In this document: positions 1-13,015 of the stretch, one piece after another
Numbering within the stretch: the first letter of the stretch is position 1
Layout: every line of letters begins with the position of its first letter
Assembly (NCBI RefSeq): GCF_006345805.1
Contig: NC_043007.1
Span: forward strand, 58,838,001-58,902,000
Direction: 5' to 3'
Origin: Octopus sinensis
Lineage: Eukaryota
Length of the DNA stretch: 64,000 bases
Position numbers and translations under genes: made by a program
Notes under the pieces: model-generated
What the model saw: only the letters and a program-made list of their open reading frames with translations
Told to the model about the DNA's origin: nothing
Databases searched by the model: none

Positions 1-189
1 TTGAGTGTGTATGCCTGTCAGTTTACCATGTAAGTGTCTGTATGTACTTATGTGAACCTCATTATGTATATGTGTTAGTATGGATGTATATGTATATGAT
101 TATGGGTATATATGTATATATATTTACAGCTATGTGTACCTCTGTGTGGACTGCATGTTCATATATGTGTGTCTGTATACATGGGTATA

Positions 190-420
190 TGGGTGTATTT
201 ATGTCATAAGAGGGATTAAATGTGGCATGCAGGAGAGGAGAATGCATTGGTTTGGACATGTGATACATATGAGTGAAGACAGCTGTATACAGAAGTACCT
301 GTCACTGAAAGCGGATGGTACCTGTAGAAGAGTGACCCTGGAAGACATGCGATGAAGTGGTGAGGACTGATCTTAGGATGTTAGGGCTCGTGGTGGAAGT
401 GACAGTGAACCAAGATGTTT
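190..420 (+). mobile_element. RTE-clade LINE 3' fragment
   Basis: ORF 80-355 ends in ERRMHWFGHVIHMSEDSCIQKY, the typical RTE C-terminus seen in other copies in this window. Confidence 0.7.
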
Positions 421-479
421 GGAGGTGTCCATGAAACTGAGTGCTAGAAGAGTTGTGTCCCACCCACTCTACCCAAAGA

Positions 480-1340
480 AATTGAACTACAACTCTTTTA
501 ACTGCATCTTTCTCTTCCTCACATTTTCTCTTCATAAACTATGATTGTTTCCCCTTTCTTGCCTTCACTGCCCTGCTCACTAAATTGCTGTTCCCCACAC
601 CCACACTCTATTTTTCTAACCAGGTTCTACGCTCATATTCTTGTTACTTGTGAGTATATTCTATAGTACTACACCATCTCTCTTACACGTTTGCTGTTTC
701 ATACTCTCTGTTTCCCTTTGGTCACTCTCTCTCTCTTGTTTTTCCTCTGACTAGGTAACCAAGTATCTCCTTTACATCAGCACACTTGTTTCTGGTCTCT
801 TTCTTGTACCTCTCTCACTTGGTAACCATGTGTCTCCTCTATAGCAAGACACCTATTTCTGCTTCTCTATTTCCCTGTTACACTCTAACCTTTCATGATT
901 TGATACTGGATCACCTCCTCTAATGCCCCCTCTGTAAGACACCTGCTTCTGTCTGTCTCTTTGTCACACTCTAACTTTTCATTCTCTGACACATGTTCTC
1001 CTCCTCAAATACCCTGCCCCTCTCATAATTCCTTGTCTTGTGAGTTACTTGGTTACTCTGCCAGTGCTGGTGCCATATTAAAAACATCCAATCTACACTG
1101 TAACGTGGTTGGCATTTGTAAGGGCATCCAGCTGAAATATCATGCCAAAACTAACTTCACCTGTGCTGGTACCACATAAAAAGTACTGAGTCCACTCAGC
1201 AGAGTGGTTGGTGTTAGGAAGGGCATCCAACCATAAAATCCCTGCCAAAATAGACACAGTAGCCTAGGGTAGTTTTTCTACCTGGCTGGTTCCTGTCAAC
1301 CATCCTACCCATACATGTAGGATGATGCTGATGCTGATGA
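480..1340 (+). repeat. Pyrimidine-rich interspersed repeat fused to an RTE-type 3' tail
   Basis: Shares agcaagacacctat.tctg and the downstream tail with the minus-strand copy at ~30820-31480. Confidence 0.5.
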
Positions 1341-2699
1341 TATATATGATGGTTTTCTTTTAGTTTCTGTCTACCAAATCCACTTACAAGACTTTGGTCA
1401 GCTTGAGGCTGTAGCAGAAGACACTTGCCCAAAGTGTCACACACCTGTGACTGAACCTGAAACCATGTGATTAGGAAGCAGTATGTATAATTTATACTAA
1501 TTGATGTGTGGGAGCTTGTCTAAATTTCTGGGGTAAAATACAAGGGGGTACTTATAACATTTTAAAGCATAGTTGATGAAAACCCACATTAATTGATGAT
1601 ACATCATGTATTCATTAATGGGGTGGTATCATTTCTTTGAAAATTTCATGGTTTTTGATATAGTAAAGGAATATTTTAAGTGTTATAATTTAAGTTTCAA
1701 ATTATGGTCGGCAATTTTAAGGAAGCAGGATAGTTGATTACATCAACCTCAATGCTCAACTGGTTCTTATTTTATTGACCATTAAAAGATGAAACATTAA
1801 GTCAATCTTAGTAGAATTTGAACTCAGATCTTAATGAGCCAGAAGAAATGCTGCAGATCATTTTGTCCAACACAGTAGCAGTTCTTCCTTCTCACCATCT
1901 CTGAGTATAAAGGGATGGTGTTGCTAGATTAATTTTATCATGATGCTTACTATGTTAAGAATGTTATGTATTCATTTAAGAGCATTTAAGGTGTGGCTAG
2001 TAGATGTTGGCTAACTGCTGACGTTTGGAGCTGACTGTTATTTCCAATGTCAGAGGTCCATAGTGTACATAGAAGAAAATGACAAAATCTCTTGATCCTG
2101 TTGAGAGAGTTTGGATGTTATTGAAATAGTATTTGAAATGTTACTGCTAGTTCTTGTGTTGCTACCAGTAGTTAGTTATGATGATATTAGCTTGATTTAG
2201 CTGCTACCAATGTCTGACTGCTATCCATCACCTTGTTTCATGCCCTCTCTGCTACATCCCAAAGCTCTCTGGGTAATGGTTGCATGTGTGTGTCATTTTA
2301 TACCTATTGATGGGCTCAGAAGGGAGCATGCTAAAAGTTAGTATGGTTATTGGAGCCTATTCCATATAAAGTTGTGATTGGTCACATTTTATTGATCACA
2401 TGGGTACTATTCTTTCCAGGCAAAATCAGGAGTAGTCATATTTGCTGATCATGTGAGTAACATTCCAGTGAATCGCAACATCAGCTGGTTGCTGAATATT
2501 TCTGCTACAAAGGTTTTAATAACTATTATATCAGGCCTACCTATAAGTAACATCCAAACATTGGGTAAAAAAGATTTCTATTTATATTTTATTAAAATTC
2601 ATTCATTAACATATAAGGGATTTTCATTAAAGAAAATGACCCACTTCCTGTTATTGCAAGAAACAGAACTTGTACAGGTATAATCATACATGTCTCCAC

Positions 2700-3804
2700 A
2701 TGTCACATTCAGCTTTCCACTAGTATTCTTTTGTCTTTTATGGCTGCTGAAGTGGACTAATGGAGGCAGCTGAATGACGATCAGTGATCAGGGTCTTATA
2801 CTTGAAAGGTCATCTACCAAAAGAGACTTTCAATGAGATGAAAGAAGTTCATGGTGACAATGCACCATCATACGATGTGATCAAGTACTGGCCAGTTTAA
2901 ATGCGGTCAAACATTGGTGGAAACTGCTCTTATTCCTGGCTGACCACATTCTGCCATTGATGATGACACCATCCATAAAGTGTAAGCTGCCATTTTGGAA
3001 GATTGCACATAACTATTTGGCAACTAGCCCAAGAAGTGAAGATAAGTGGAGGGTCCGTGGAAAGAAAATCCTTCACGACCATTTGCACATGTGGAAGTTG
3101 TCTGCACGATGGATTCCCCAGATGCTCACACCTTTACAGAAGCAGGAACGAGTCAACTGCTCCCAGACACTTTTGACAATGTGCCAAGGAAATGAGGAGG
3201 GCTTTTTGGTAGACTTATCATACGTGATGAAACATGGGTCCATCACTATGATCCTGAGACTAAAGTCCAGTTGAAGCAATGGAAGCATGATAACTCACTG
3301 TCTCTAAAGGAGGCTCATGTTCAACATTCAGCAGGCAAGGTGATGTTCAGTTTTTTGGGGCTAGTGCAGAGTAGTGATGATGGCTTTTCTGGCAAAGGAT
3401 ACCACAATTAACAGGGCATGGCATGCTGACCAAAGGAGTCTGCCTCCTCCAAGACAACGCCCCAGTTCACAATGCACGTGTTGCCCAGATAAAAGCACTT
3501 CTATGGCTATGAAATCCTTCTTTATCCCCCTTACTCTCCTGACCTCCACTTCTTTCCAACCATGAAGTATTCTTTGGAAGGGAAGCACCACTCAGATGAT
3601 GAACTTATTTCCAAGGTAAAGTCTTGGCTCCAGACACAACTTACCAATTTCTACAGACAAGGTCTTCACAGCTGCATAAAGAGATGGGAGAAGTGTGTCA
3701 CCATTGGTGGTGACTATGTAGAGAAAAATTAATAATTATGCCAAGTTTCATTTATCCCAGTGTGTGGGAAGTGTGTCAGGGATATCTTTAATGAACACCC
3801 CTTG
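2700..3804 (+). mobile_element. Degenerate mariner (same family as 28664-29954)
   Basis: ILHDHLHMWKLSARWIPQMLTP fragment; colinear with the 28.7-kb copy; 3' TIR remnant tgaacaccccttg|ta. Confidence 0.88.
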
Positions 3805-4245
3805 TAATTACCATCATTAATAATGACCACTTTCTGACACTTTATAAACTTCTAACTAATATTTGCTTTAAATTATTTTGGTTCAATGGAAAAGAGTGCG
3901 GAGAGGGTAGTACCTCTAGGCCAACAAGATGATTCTGTAAGCTTCGAAATCAGTGGTAATCTGATGGAGCAAGGTCCAGTGAAAAGGGAAGGTGTACAAT
4001 TTTTCCCCAACCAAGGGTTTCAATCTTCTCTGAAGTGAACATTGCTGTAATGTGCATTATCATGATAGAACATCTCACTCCTTTGTGAGTTATTGAATAG
4101 GCATATTTTCATTAAACATGTTAAAACCAGCTAGTATCAAAAGCTGGTTTTTTGCTTTTGAATAAATCTATTACAAAATTTAAAAACCATTACATGTTTA
4201 GAGATTTAGGTGCATTTTCAAACCCCCAAACAAATTCTCCTACAT

Positions 4246-5262
4246 AGGCGTGGCTGTGTGGTAAGCAGCTTGCTTACCAACCACATAGTTTTGGGTTCAG
4301 TCCCACTGCGTGACACCTTCGGCAAGTGTCTTCTACTATAGCCATGGGCTGACCAAAGCTGTGTGAGTAGATTTGGTAGATGGAAATTGAAAGAAGCTCA
4401 TTGTATATACAAGGGGGTACTCAAAAGAAACCAGAATCTTGCCATGTTATTTTATACACTTAGTTTTACATGTTTACACTTTTATTGCCTTCAAAGTATT
4501 CTCTATTTGAAGCAATGCATCAGCCCAGACAAATTTTCAACTGTTTGAAGCAGTGCTGGAACTCTTGTGAAATGATGCCTTTTTTTTCTTCATCTCTTCC
4601 ACATCTGCAAATTCTATAGCAATAGCTTTCGTCACCAGTGATGACCTTTGGGAAAAGGTCCAAATCTACTTCCAACTGTTCTTTGAGTTCATGACAGTCA
4701 TGGCTGCTTTTCATCTTTCATGAACAAGTGAGGCACAAATTTTTGCTGCAACTCTTTTCATTTGCAATTCCTCACTCAAAATTCATTGTCAGGAGCTCCA
4801 GGACACACTAGTCATATCAAGCTTGTGGAAGCATGCTGTTCCTTTGTTTCAACTATCACAAAAATCAATGAACAGGGGAAAAGCACTGCAAATTAAAGAC
4901 ACACCACATTGCAGTATGACCACACACATGCTGCCACTGGTCAGTAGACTGATGCCTGAGGGCCGCATTAAGTGGTAGAAGCCTGAACTGCAATGGGTTT
5001 GTCTCACAGAGAACGTTTCTGGTTACTTTTGTGTACATCCTCTTATATATGTATATGCATGTCTTCATTTTTCTCCCACCATCGATTGACAACCGATGTT
5101 GGTGTGTTTACATCCCTGTAACTTAGTGGTTTGGCAAAAGAGACTGATAGAATGAGTACTAGGCTTACAAAGAATAAGTCCTAGGGTCGATTTCGACTAA
5201 AACCCTTTAAGGTGGTGCTCCAGCATGATCGCAGTGAAATGACTGAAACAAGTAAAAGAATA
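4246..5262 (+). mobile_element. tRNA-derived SINE (family A), split by a mariner insertion
   Basis: tRNA-like head ggcgtggctgtgtggtaag...gggttcagtccc and tail ctgaaacaagtaaaaga, both colinear with the intact copy at 30395-30792. Confidence 0.88.
4410..5045 (-). mobile_element. Internally deleted mariner
   Basis: Imperfect TIRs (caagggggtactcaaaagaaaccagaa); TA flanks; KVITGDESYCY transposase motif. Confidence 0.85.
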
Positions 5263-5266
5263 TATA

Positions 5267-6801
5267 CTGTAAAAACCCATGTAATTTACGCATATTTTTT
5301 CGCAAAAACAAAAATAAACTTTAGCAGGTGTGTAAATTACATGAGTAGATCGTTTCCAGAATCTTAAAAATTTTTTTTTGCTGAAAAAGGACATACAAAT
5401 GTAAGCATTCTTACTGGAAGTAGACTCATTTAATGTCAAAATAGGTTTTTACAGAAAAAATATAATGAAGTTGACTTTTATTCATGCTGGACAGTATAAT
5501 GCTTACTTTTTCTGTATGAATTTACTAAAACCATTAAATGGTTAACTACTTTTTGAAGTTTGACGTTCATGCTGGTAATCATGGTCCAGGCCATATTTTA
5601 CATTGCTTGGAGTTCCTACCTATCACAATGGAGTCCATCAATTTCCTTAAATAAATCAGTTTTTCTCTACTTAAGAAGTCTAGCTTGCGTTTGCCTCCAG
5701 GAAGCTATTGCTCGCTTTCTGTATTAGGACAATGAAATTCATCACCGCTACCAGCTCTTACTGCATCTAATGCTGATGACAACACCATAATGCATCTTTG
5801 CGTACGTGAATATGACAGTGTTCCTACAGAAAGCTCCATTTACCTTATACGATGTTTAATGTTGTTTCACATTCATGCTCAATTATGCAGTAATCTTATG
5901 TTTTCTTCATAGAACACTTGTAATGTATGTATTACCAGTTCTTTTGGTATAGTAGATTTTTGCTATTCTCGCTTATGTCTCTTCACAGATGTGTATATTC
6001 TAACAAGTCGCTTCTTAAATTTCGCACCTATCTTGTTTAGAGAACACTGAGTTGAACTTGCAAAGCTGTTTATTTTCCTCTTTTGATTTTTAATGTTTAT
6101 TTTAGCGAGTTACCAAACTGTCAGTTTGGACTTCTGGCTAAAATGGTAATGACAAATTTTAAAGTTTGCTTGACATTTTATAAGTGTGAAAGGGATTAAA
6201 ATTTTGATACTCTGTATCAAAGGTTCTGACAAGAATAGGCAGAAAATCAGAGCTTGAGAGAAGACACTTTCAGACCAATCATAATTCTGTTTACATTAAC
6301 AATTTGATCGGTCACTTTCCTCTGTCGACTGAGTATTGTCCAAGATGATGTTTATTGGTAATTAAACTTATTTTGCAATACTTGTGCATATTTATCAGCT
6401 TTGTTTTTGTTGATAAGAATTATCAACAATTTTTCCAGTGATTGTGATTTGAGAAGATATACAGAAGTATGCTAAAGATTGGACATAATCTCTTGTGAGC
6501 AAGAAATGTAAAATGAAGTTTATTATAAACACAAACACTTCGTAATTTAATAGCTTTCAATGTGATACCTGTTAAACAGAAATTATTTTGATTTAATGAA
6601 AATTTAATAAAATCTAATTATAAGTGAAATTATGCTAAATACAACTAAATTGAAAACCTTTTTCCTCTGGCCATACTGGCAATTCTGAAAACCTTTGGGT
6701 GTGAATTTTACACAAGTAGAAGCTTTTTTTTTAAACAATTTTTATCCTGAAAATCACGTGCATAAATTACACAAATGCCCAAATTACATGGATTTTTACG
6801 G
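5267..6801. mobile_element. 1.5-kb non-autonomous TIR DNA transposon (TA-flanked, probably Tc1/mariner-pogo-like)
   Basis: TIRs c(t/c)gtaaaaa(c/t)ccatgtaattt at both ends; TA on both sides; no ORF recognised. Confidence 0.7.
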
Positions 6802-7249
6802 TATATTTCTATTCATCGGTACCCTATGTTGACTGGTTAATGCAGAGGAGGTATTCCTTTAATCCTTTGGCTGTATAATTAAATTTCATGGTCATTACCA
6901 TAATGATGTTAATCATCAACCAAAAAATAGAACTGATATCTTCTGCAAAACTTTTTCAGTATCTCTTGTGGGTACAGTTTTCATATCCACCACTAAAATT
7001 ATTTGATTTTTGCTCTGTAAAGAGATATTTTTTGAAATGTATGAAAAAAAAGTTAAGAAAATTTGAAAAATGTCCCAGTAGGGTTTCTCCACGTCTTGTA
7101 CAATAAGGAGGTTTTTTTTTCAAAGCCATGGTGTATAACTGCTTTCTACATTTAATAACTAAGGCACAAGACTTAGCAGGGTTTTTTTTGTAATAAAAAA
7201 AAAAATTGGAAATTATGAACAGCAACAATAAAAATTAAAAACTGCACAT

Positions 7250-7255
7250 TTTATT
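7250..7255 (-). terminator. Polyadenylation signal AATAAA of SNRPD2
   Basis: tttatt on the plus strand ~100 nt past the stop codon, followed on the minus strand by a U/GU-rich tract. Confidence 0.6.
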
Positions 7256-7356
7256 AGATATGGATAAAATATTTAAATGTGAAAATGATTGCAAAAAAAA
7301 AAAAATAAAATAAAAGGTATGATCTATTCATGATATACAAATATTTGTGAATGTGT

Positions 7357-7531
7357 CTATTTAGGTCCAGCAAGAGGATTTCTCAGCACTAATATAACAG
7401 AATCTCCACGCAAAAACATTTTGGAAATATACCGATCTTTGTTAACGGGTTTTGACTTCTTTTTGCCTTTACCCGTCTTTGGTACTTCTGTCCACATTTC
7501 CTTTACATTCTCTAAGACCATATTGCAATGT
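7357..7531 (-). CDS. SNRPD2: Sm D2 last coding exon ([57 protein letters not shown])
   Basis: Near-identical to the Sm D2 C-terminal half; ttttag acceptor at 7532-7533; TAG stop at 7359-7357; its first base completes the AG|A Arg codon from the previous exon. Confidence 0.97.
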
Positions 7532-7869
7532 CTAAAACAGAAAACAAAAGACAAAATAAACCTACGGGTATTTTATACAGACATATGCATCTCAGTTTGA
7601 CAGGTTGATCATTATGTGTTGACATACCTTAAGGTCTACGCTGTCATTACTGACCTGGGGCTAAAATACTATTAATCTGTTTGTTTACATGTATTGTGTT
7701 AGTGTTTCTATGCTGGTGTTGGTGTTGTGGTATTACTGTTGACGATGCAGATAGTGTTGTTGTGCTGATGTTATTGTGGTTGTTGGTTTTGTGATTCATA
7801 GTAGTATTGTAATTTATGTGGCGGTTGTGGCTGCAGTTTATGAATACATAGCAATTTGCTGACATTACA

Positions 7870-9715
7870 AAAAAAAAAAAGTCACCTGCCACTGTCTCCA
7901 TGAGGCTCAATGCTTCAATGGTGCTTTTTACATGCCACCAGCACGGGTGCCAGTCAGGTATCGGCCACAACTACAATTTCACTTGGCTCAACAGATCTTC
8001 ACAAGCACAGCATACCACTAAATGTTTGAAGGGTGCTTTTAACAGGCCAATTACACAACACCGGCACTGGCCATGACTACAATCACACTTGGCTCGATGG
8101 CTCTTCTCAAGCATGGCATATCACCAAAGGTCTTGGTCATTTGTCATTGCCCCCATGAGGCCTAACGTTTGGAGATCGCGCTTCACCATCTCATATCTTC
8201 CTGTGTATACCTCTTCCACAGGTTCTATCATCCATAAGAGTGCAACACTTCACACAGCTATCCTCATCCATATGCATCACATGACCATACCAGTACAGTC
8301 ATTTCTCTTGCGCACCACATCTGATGCCTCTTATGCCCAGCTTTTCTCTCAACACACTTACACTCTGTTGTACATGCACAGTGACAGCAAAGCATACTAG
8401 CTTCATTCCTTTCAAACCAACACGTGTCCTCAGCAGTTACGGCCCATGTTTCACTACCGCGTAGCATGGCTGTTTGCACACAGGCATCATAGTCTGTCTT
8501 TCACTCTGAGGGAGAGGCCCATAATTACCAGCAGAGGTAGGAGCTCTCTGAACTTTGCCCAGGCTATTTGTAATGTAGCAGCTATGCTCTCAAAGCATCC
8601 ACCTCCACTATTGACCTGGTCACCTAGGTAAAGGAAGCTACTGACTACTAGTTTTCCACCCCCAGCACATGATGGAATCTAGTTCCTGAACATTTTTAGT
8701 GTTAATTGTACCTGTGCACCTTCCACACACAAAAACTGTTTTCCCTGTTAACTTTCCTCTGATATTGCTGCACCTCTTAAGTGTTCATAGCTTACACTGG
8801 GTATCTCTTATGGAGTTTCTACGTACACCTTTTCTACAAATCAAGCAGGGCCATCTACCTAAAGGGATTTGTGATTTGTCTGCTTTCCTACTTACTAAGA
8901 CTTTGGCTTTTGCTAGGTTAACTCTAAGGCCCTTTGATTCTAGACCTTGCTTCCACACCTGAAACTTCTCTAGTTCTGGTAGTGATTCAGCTATAAGAGC
9001 AAGGCTATCAGCATAGAGGAGCTCCTAGGGGCAACCTGTCTTGAATTCCTGTTATTGCCTGGAGGACTATGATGAACAAGGTGCTGAGCACCGATCCTTG
9101 GTGAGCCCCTACTTGTATCCTGAAGTCTTCACTATACTTGTTGCCAATTTTCACCTCACTGACAGCATCCCTGTACATAGCTTGTACAGCTCTCTTCAAC
9201 CACTCATCTATCCTTAGTTTCTGCATTGACCACCAGATAAGGGATCAAGGCTTTATTTTTGGCGAGGTATTTCTCCTGCAGCTTTTTTACTAGAAATATA
9301 GCATCAGTGGTGCTTCTCCCTGGCATAAAACCAAACTGCATCTCATGTAAACTAACTCTTTCCCTAATTAGTTGGGCTATGACCCTCTCCGTAACTTTTA
9401 TCACTTGAGCCAACAATTTGATACCTCTGTAATTATTTCTATCTAAGGCATCACCTTTACCTTTGTAACAGTTAACTATGGTACTACTACACCAGTCATT
9501 GGGTATGACTCCTTCATGTACCACCTGGTTGACAATACAGATGATTAGACCATAGCCTATACCACCAGATATTTTAAGCATTTCAGTGAGGATTCCTGAT
9601 GGGCTGGGTGCTTTCCTTATCTTCATTCCCTTAATCGTTTTATCTACCAAGGTACCGTCAATTCAGATAACTGGTCCCTCAGTTGGGTTAACATTTGGCA
9701 GGCTCTCTTTCTGCC
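7870..9715 (-). mobile_element. RTE-clade LINE fragment with reverse-transcriptase remnant
   Basis: KAPSPSG...NYRGIKLL...QFGFMPGRSTTDAIF...HQGSVLS; degraded YADD; frameshifted. Confidence 0.93.
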
Positions 9716-9770
9716 AATTATACTTTTGGAACACTTAACACATAACACACCAGTAAAATAAATCAAACTG

Positions 9771-10000
9771 TATAGGGTGTCCCAGAAAGATTTACCCATG
9801 TTTAAAACTCTTCCTAAAGAATATTGGTTCAAGTAATATTATCTACATATTATGATTCTAGATATTTTATATTGCGATTTGTGAATAGTACTATTATTGG
9901 ATACAGGTTTAGCGCTTTGCTAGCAGTGAGGGTTTAAAAAAGAGTATCTGTAACTTGGTGGATTTCATTTGATGGACAGCATTTTTCCACCAATATATGA
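9771..10000 (+). mobile_element. Tc1/mariner-type MITE end (tatagggtgtcccagaaag)
   Basis: Typical TA-CAGGGTG-like terminus; the partner TIR was not found. Confidence 0.4.
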
Positions 10001-10516
10001 AGATTACATACAAATTTCAGTACAAAACATATATAAGGCTCCTGACGGTTGTTTCAATGTTTTCTGATTTTGAACTTAAAATGCTTTTTGTGGCTCATCA
10101 ATATTGACAATGATTTGATGAATATTGATGCCAATAGGACATGAGTAACAACTAATCATAGTAATACACAGGTTCTTCTAATGAACCACTATTTTCCATT
10201 GCAACTGTTAGAATCCTTAACACATTGACATTATAATAAATGGGGCCCAGAATAAAGAATAGATCCGACTCAAGACTCTAAAATAGTTAGAACATCAGTT
10301 TGCAGACCTACACCAGAGCCTCTACATAGCTGCCCAACCTGCTAGAAATAGCAATCAGATATCTCATAAACCAAATCCTAACATTTTCAAAAAGGATAGA
10401 TTGGATAATACAGTCTTGGGGTACACTGCACTTGAACACAACATGAGATGGTCACAGCTATAACAATGTTGGTTATAGGTCTTTTCAGTCAAGGCTGACT
10501 TGTGCTAAACAAGAAC

Positions 10517-10701
10517 ATTAACCTTTTAGCATTCAGATTATCCTATCAAATGTATTGCTTATTTATTCACATTGTTTTGAATTAATCATGCATTATCTTG
10601 TAGCTTGGAGATTTTTATGAGATTACTGTTAATCTTTAGAATGATATTGTAAGGTTGGTGTGAGAGGCTACACGTGGCTGGTTTCAATGCTAAAGGGTTA
10701 A
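10517..10701. mobile_element. piggyBac-type MITE (TTAA-CCCTTTAGCATT...AATGCTAAAGGG-TTAA family); further copies near 11200-11475, 19910-20143, 20853-21023, 21448-21621, 46619-46836
   Basis: Recurrent terminal inverted repeats with TTAA flanks and a shared interior. Confidence 0.78.
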
Positions 10702-10733
10702 AATGTTATATAGCAGAACAAAAAGAGAGTTAC

Positions 10734-10913
10734 CTATCAAATGCCTTGACACGAGCCAATAATTTTTTATTGTTTCGGCAGTTGATCAGGACTTGTGTGT
10801 TATTCTTGACGGATTGCGTAAGAACAGAGAGTGGACCAGTATTGAATTCTTCTTGTTCGCGCTGAGCCAATTCCTCAGGTGTCATCTCACTTTTGGGTTT
10901 CTGAAGTAGGGCA
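10734..10913 (-). CDS. SNRPD2: Sm D2 internal coding exon, 180 nt ([60 protein letters not shown])
   Basis: Manual translation of the minus strand matches the Sm D2 N-terminal half; flanked by ttcctag and gtaact; phase joins the last exon. Confidence 0.97.
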
Positions 10914-11001
10914 CTAGGAAATTGAAATAAAACAATAATAGCATGAAATAAAAAGCAGGAAAAGAAAATAGTGAATATAGTGTATAAATGTAAACAAAAA
11001 A

Positions 11002-11386
11002 ATAAGATGATATTTTTTTGAACACAAAGTTGCTGTTAAAACAGCAGAAATATTGGGTAAATTACACTTACAAAGTGGCAAAATTTGTCAACAACCAGCC
11101 ATGGCAGTCGAACCCATATCCCTCAAAGACTCCAGCTGAGAACTTTACCATTAAGCTAAATTGCCTGCTGAATTTAGACATTAAATACTTTAGCTTTATG
11201 TAACAACCATGTATATAAATGTAAGCAAAGAAATATTTGTTCTTTTATTAGAAGCATCGAAAATGTGTATTCTACAATACATATAAGATGATATTTTTTC
11301 AAATTTAGAGTTGTAAGAGTAATTTACCCAATATTTCTGCTGTTCTAACAGCAACTCTACATTCTAAAAAAATATCATCACCTTAT
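11002..11386. repeat. ~75-bp inverted repeat pair (11002-11073 / 11311-11386)
   Basis: Arms are reverse-complementary at roughly 85% by manual alignment. Confidence 0.85.
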
Positions 11387-12049
11387 TTGTATCATAGAAT
11401 ACATATTTTTGACACTTCGCTTACATATTCAGTTTTTGGGCCGGATATAGCTAGTTTAAATGCTAAAGGGCTAACCAGTCAACATAGGTGGCTGTACAAT
11501 AGTTTTACAATGCAGATTTTAATACAAAACATTAAACATAAAATAGAAAAACAATGAAGTTTCAGGTTCAGTCTCATGACGACTAATATCTTGTGAGTGA
11601 AACTGGCAAGCAGAAAGATCTCGTACCTGATGCTTGTTATGCCTTGGTGTTGTCCTCTTTCACACACATACACATATAGTCACAGGCATCATTGTATGAT
11701 GCATTGGGCGATATGTGATATACGCTTGAGAAGAAATGTTGAGTCAAGTAAAACCAAAATCGTAGCTGTGGTGAGTGCCCCCTGACTGGCTCCCATTCTG
11801 GTGGCACATAAAATGCATCATCTGAATGTGGTTGATGGCAGTGTCCCCTGTCTGGCTCCTGTGCCGGTGGCATGTAAAAAACACCTACTCACTCTCGGAG
11901 TGGTTGGCGTTAGGAAGGGCATCCAGTTGTAGAAACATTGCCAGATCAGATTGGAGCCTGGTGCAGCCACTGGCTCTCCAGACTTGTCAAACCGTCCAAC
12001 CCATGCCAACATGGAAAACGGATGTTAAACAATGATGATGATCTCTCTT

Positions 12050-12700
12050 TCTCTCTCTCTCTCATATATATATGTCTGTCTTGTTTCTTCTCCCCGCTGT
12101 CTCACCTATTTTTTTCTCTAGAGAGAAAAAGAGGTAGTGAGAGAGAGAGAGAGAGGGAAGGAGGGAGATAGTGAAAGAGATAGAGACACAAAGAGGGACA
12201 TATAGACAGGTCTGGCAGTGACTTCAAAGGACTAAGTGTAATGTTTAAACTTAGAGTAAGTTAGAGGTGGATTGAATAAGTGGAGTATTTTTTTACTCTG
12301 TAAAAAGCATTACAGTGAAATAGACAGTATGTGGATTGCTAGAAATAGGAGGCAATACACCACCAACTGCCTCCACCATTCCGTTTTCAGAAGGTAAGTG
12401 CACAGTTATCTGCAGAATGGTCAAATTAATTTAAATGACACGAAAAACCTGAAATATCAATTTTATTTAGTGTTTTCAGTGGCCCCCTCCTGTCTCACTT
12501 GTTTTTTCTTCCTAATCTTTCTATCTCACAAATTTTTTTTTGAGGTAGAGGTAGCGAGACACATATGCAACCAGAGAGAGAGGGAAATAGTGAGAGAGAT
12601 GGAGGCATAGAGAGGGACATATAGACAGAAAAAAAACAGAGATTCAGTATCTCACTTGTCTTTTTCTCTGTAATCTCCTTTCTCTCACTCTCGTGTGTAC
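12050..12700. repeat. Degenerate direct duplication with (GA)n tracts (~12060-12210 vs ~12490-12630)
   Basis: Shared gaggtag.gagagag...agagggacatatagacag blocks. Confidence 0.6.
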
Positions 12701-12719
12701 AGTACAGTACAATACGTGT

Positions 12720-13015
12720 GAGAGGGCGCATGGCCTAGTGTTTAGGTTGTTGCACTCACAATGAGGTCATGACTTCAATTCCTAGACTGGATAGTGTATT
12801 GTATACTTGAGCAACGCTTTATCCCACGTTGCTCTGAAATCCTTTCAACTCCTGATATGTGGTACACAGTGCATCTGTTCAGACAATGTTGATTTGATGG
12901 AGAGATGGAGCTACTGTGCAGCACAGACATTTGGTCACTATAAACAAATCATTTGTGCAGGTTGTTCGACAAAAGCTGAACACTTACATCATCTTCAACA
13001 GGAGAGTCCATCATA
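12720..13015 (+). mobile_element. tRNA-derived SINE (family C)
   Basis: A/B-box-like head (gcatggcctagtg...ttcaattcc) and a SINE-like body. Confidence 0.6.

Noticed and set aside
62-355. ORFs rich in Y/I/H/T/V repeats (also 29821-30099, 63587-63821 and similar)
   Set aside because: Translations of (TA)n, (CA)n and (GT)n microsatellites.
4246-4330. tRNA gene-like A/B boxes here and in other SINE heads
   Set aside because: They continue into SINE bodies and do not fold as complete cloverleaves.
12982-12992. ATG AT|GTAAGT on the minus strand as SNRPD2 exon 1
   Set aside because: Perfect donor and correct phase, but it lies inside a SINE 3' region with no promoter features.
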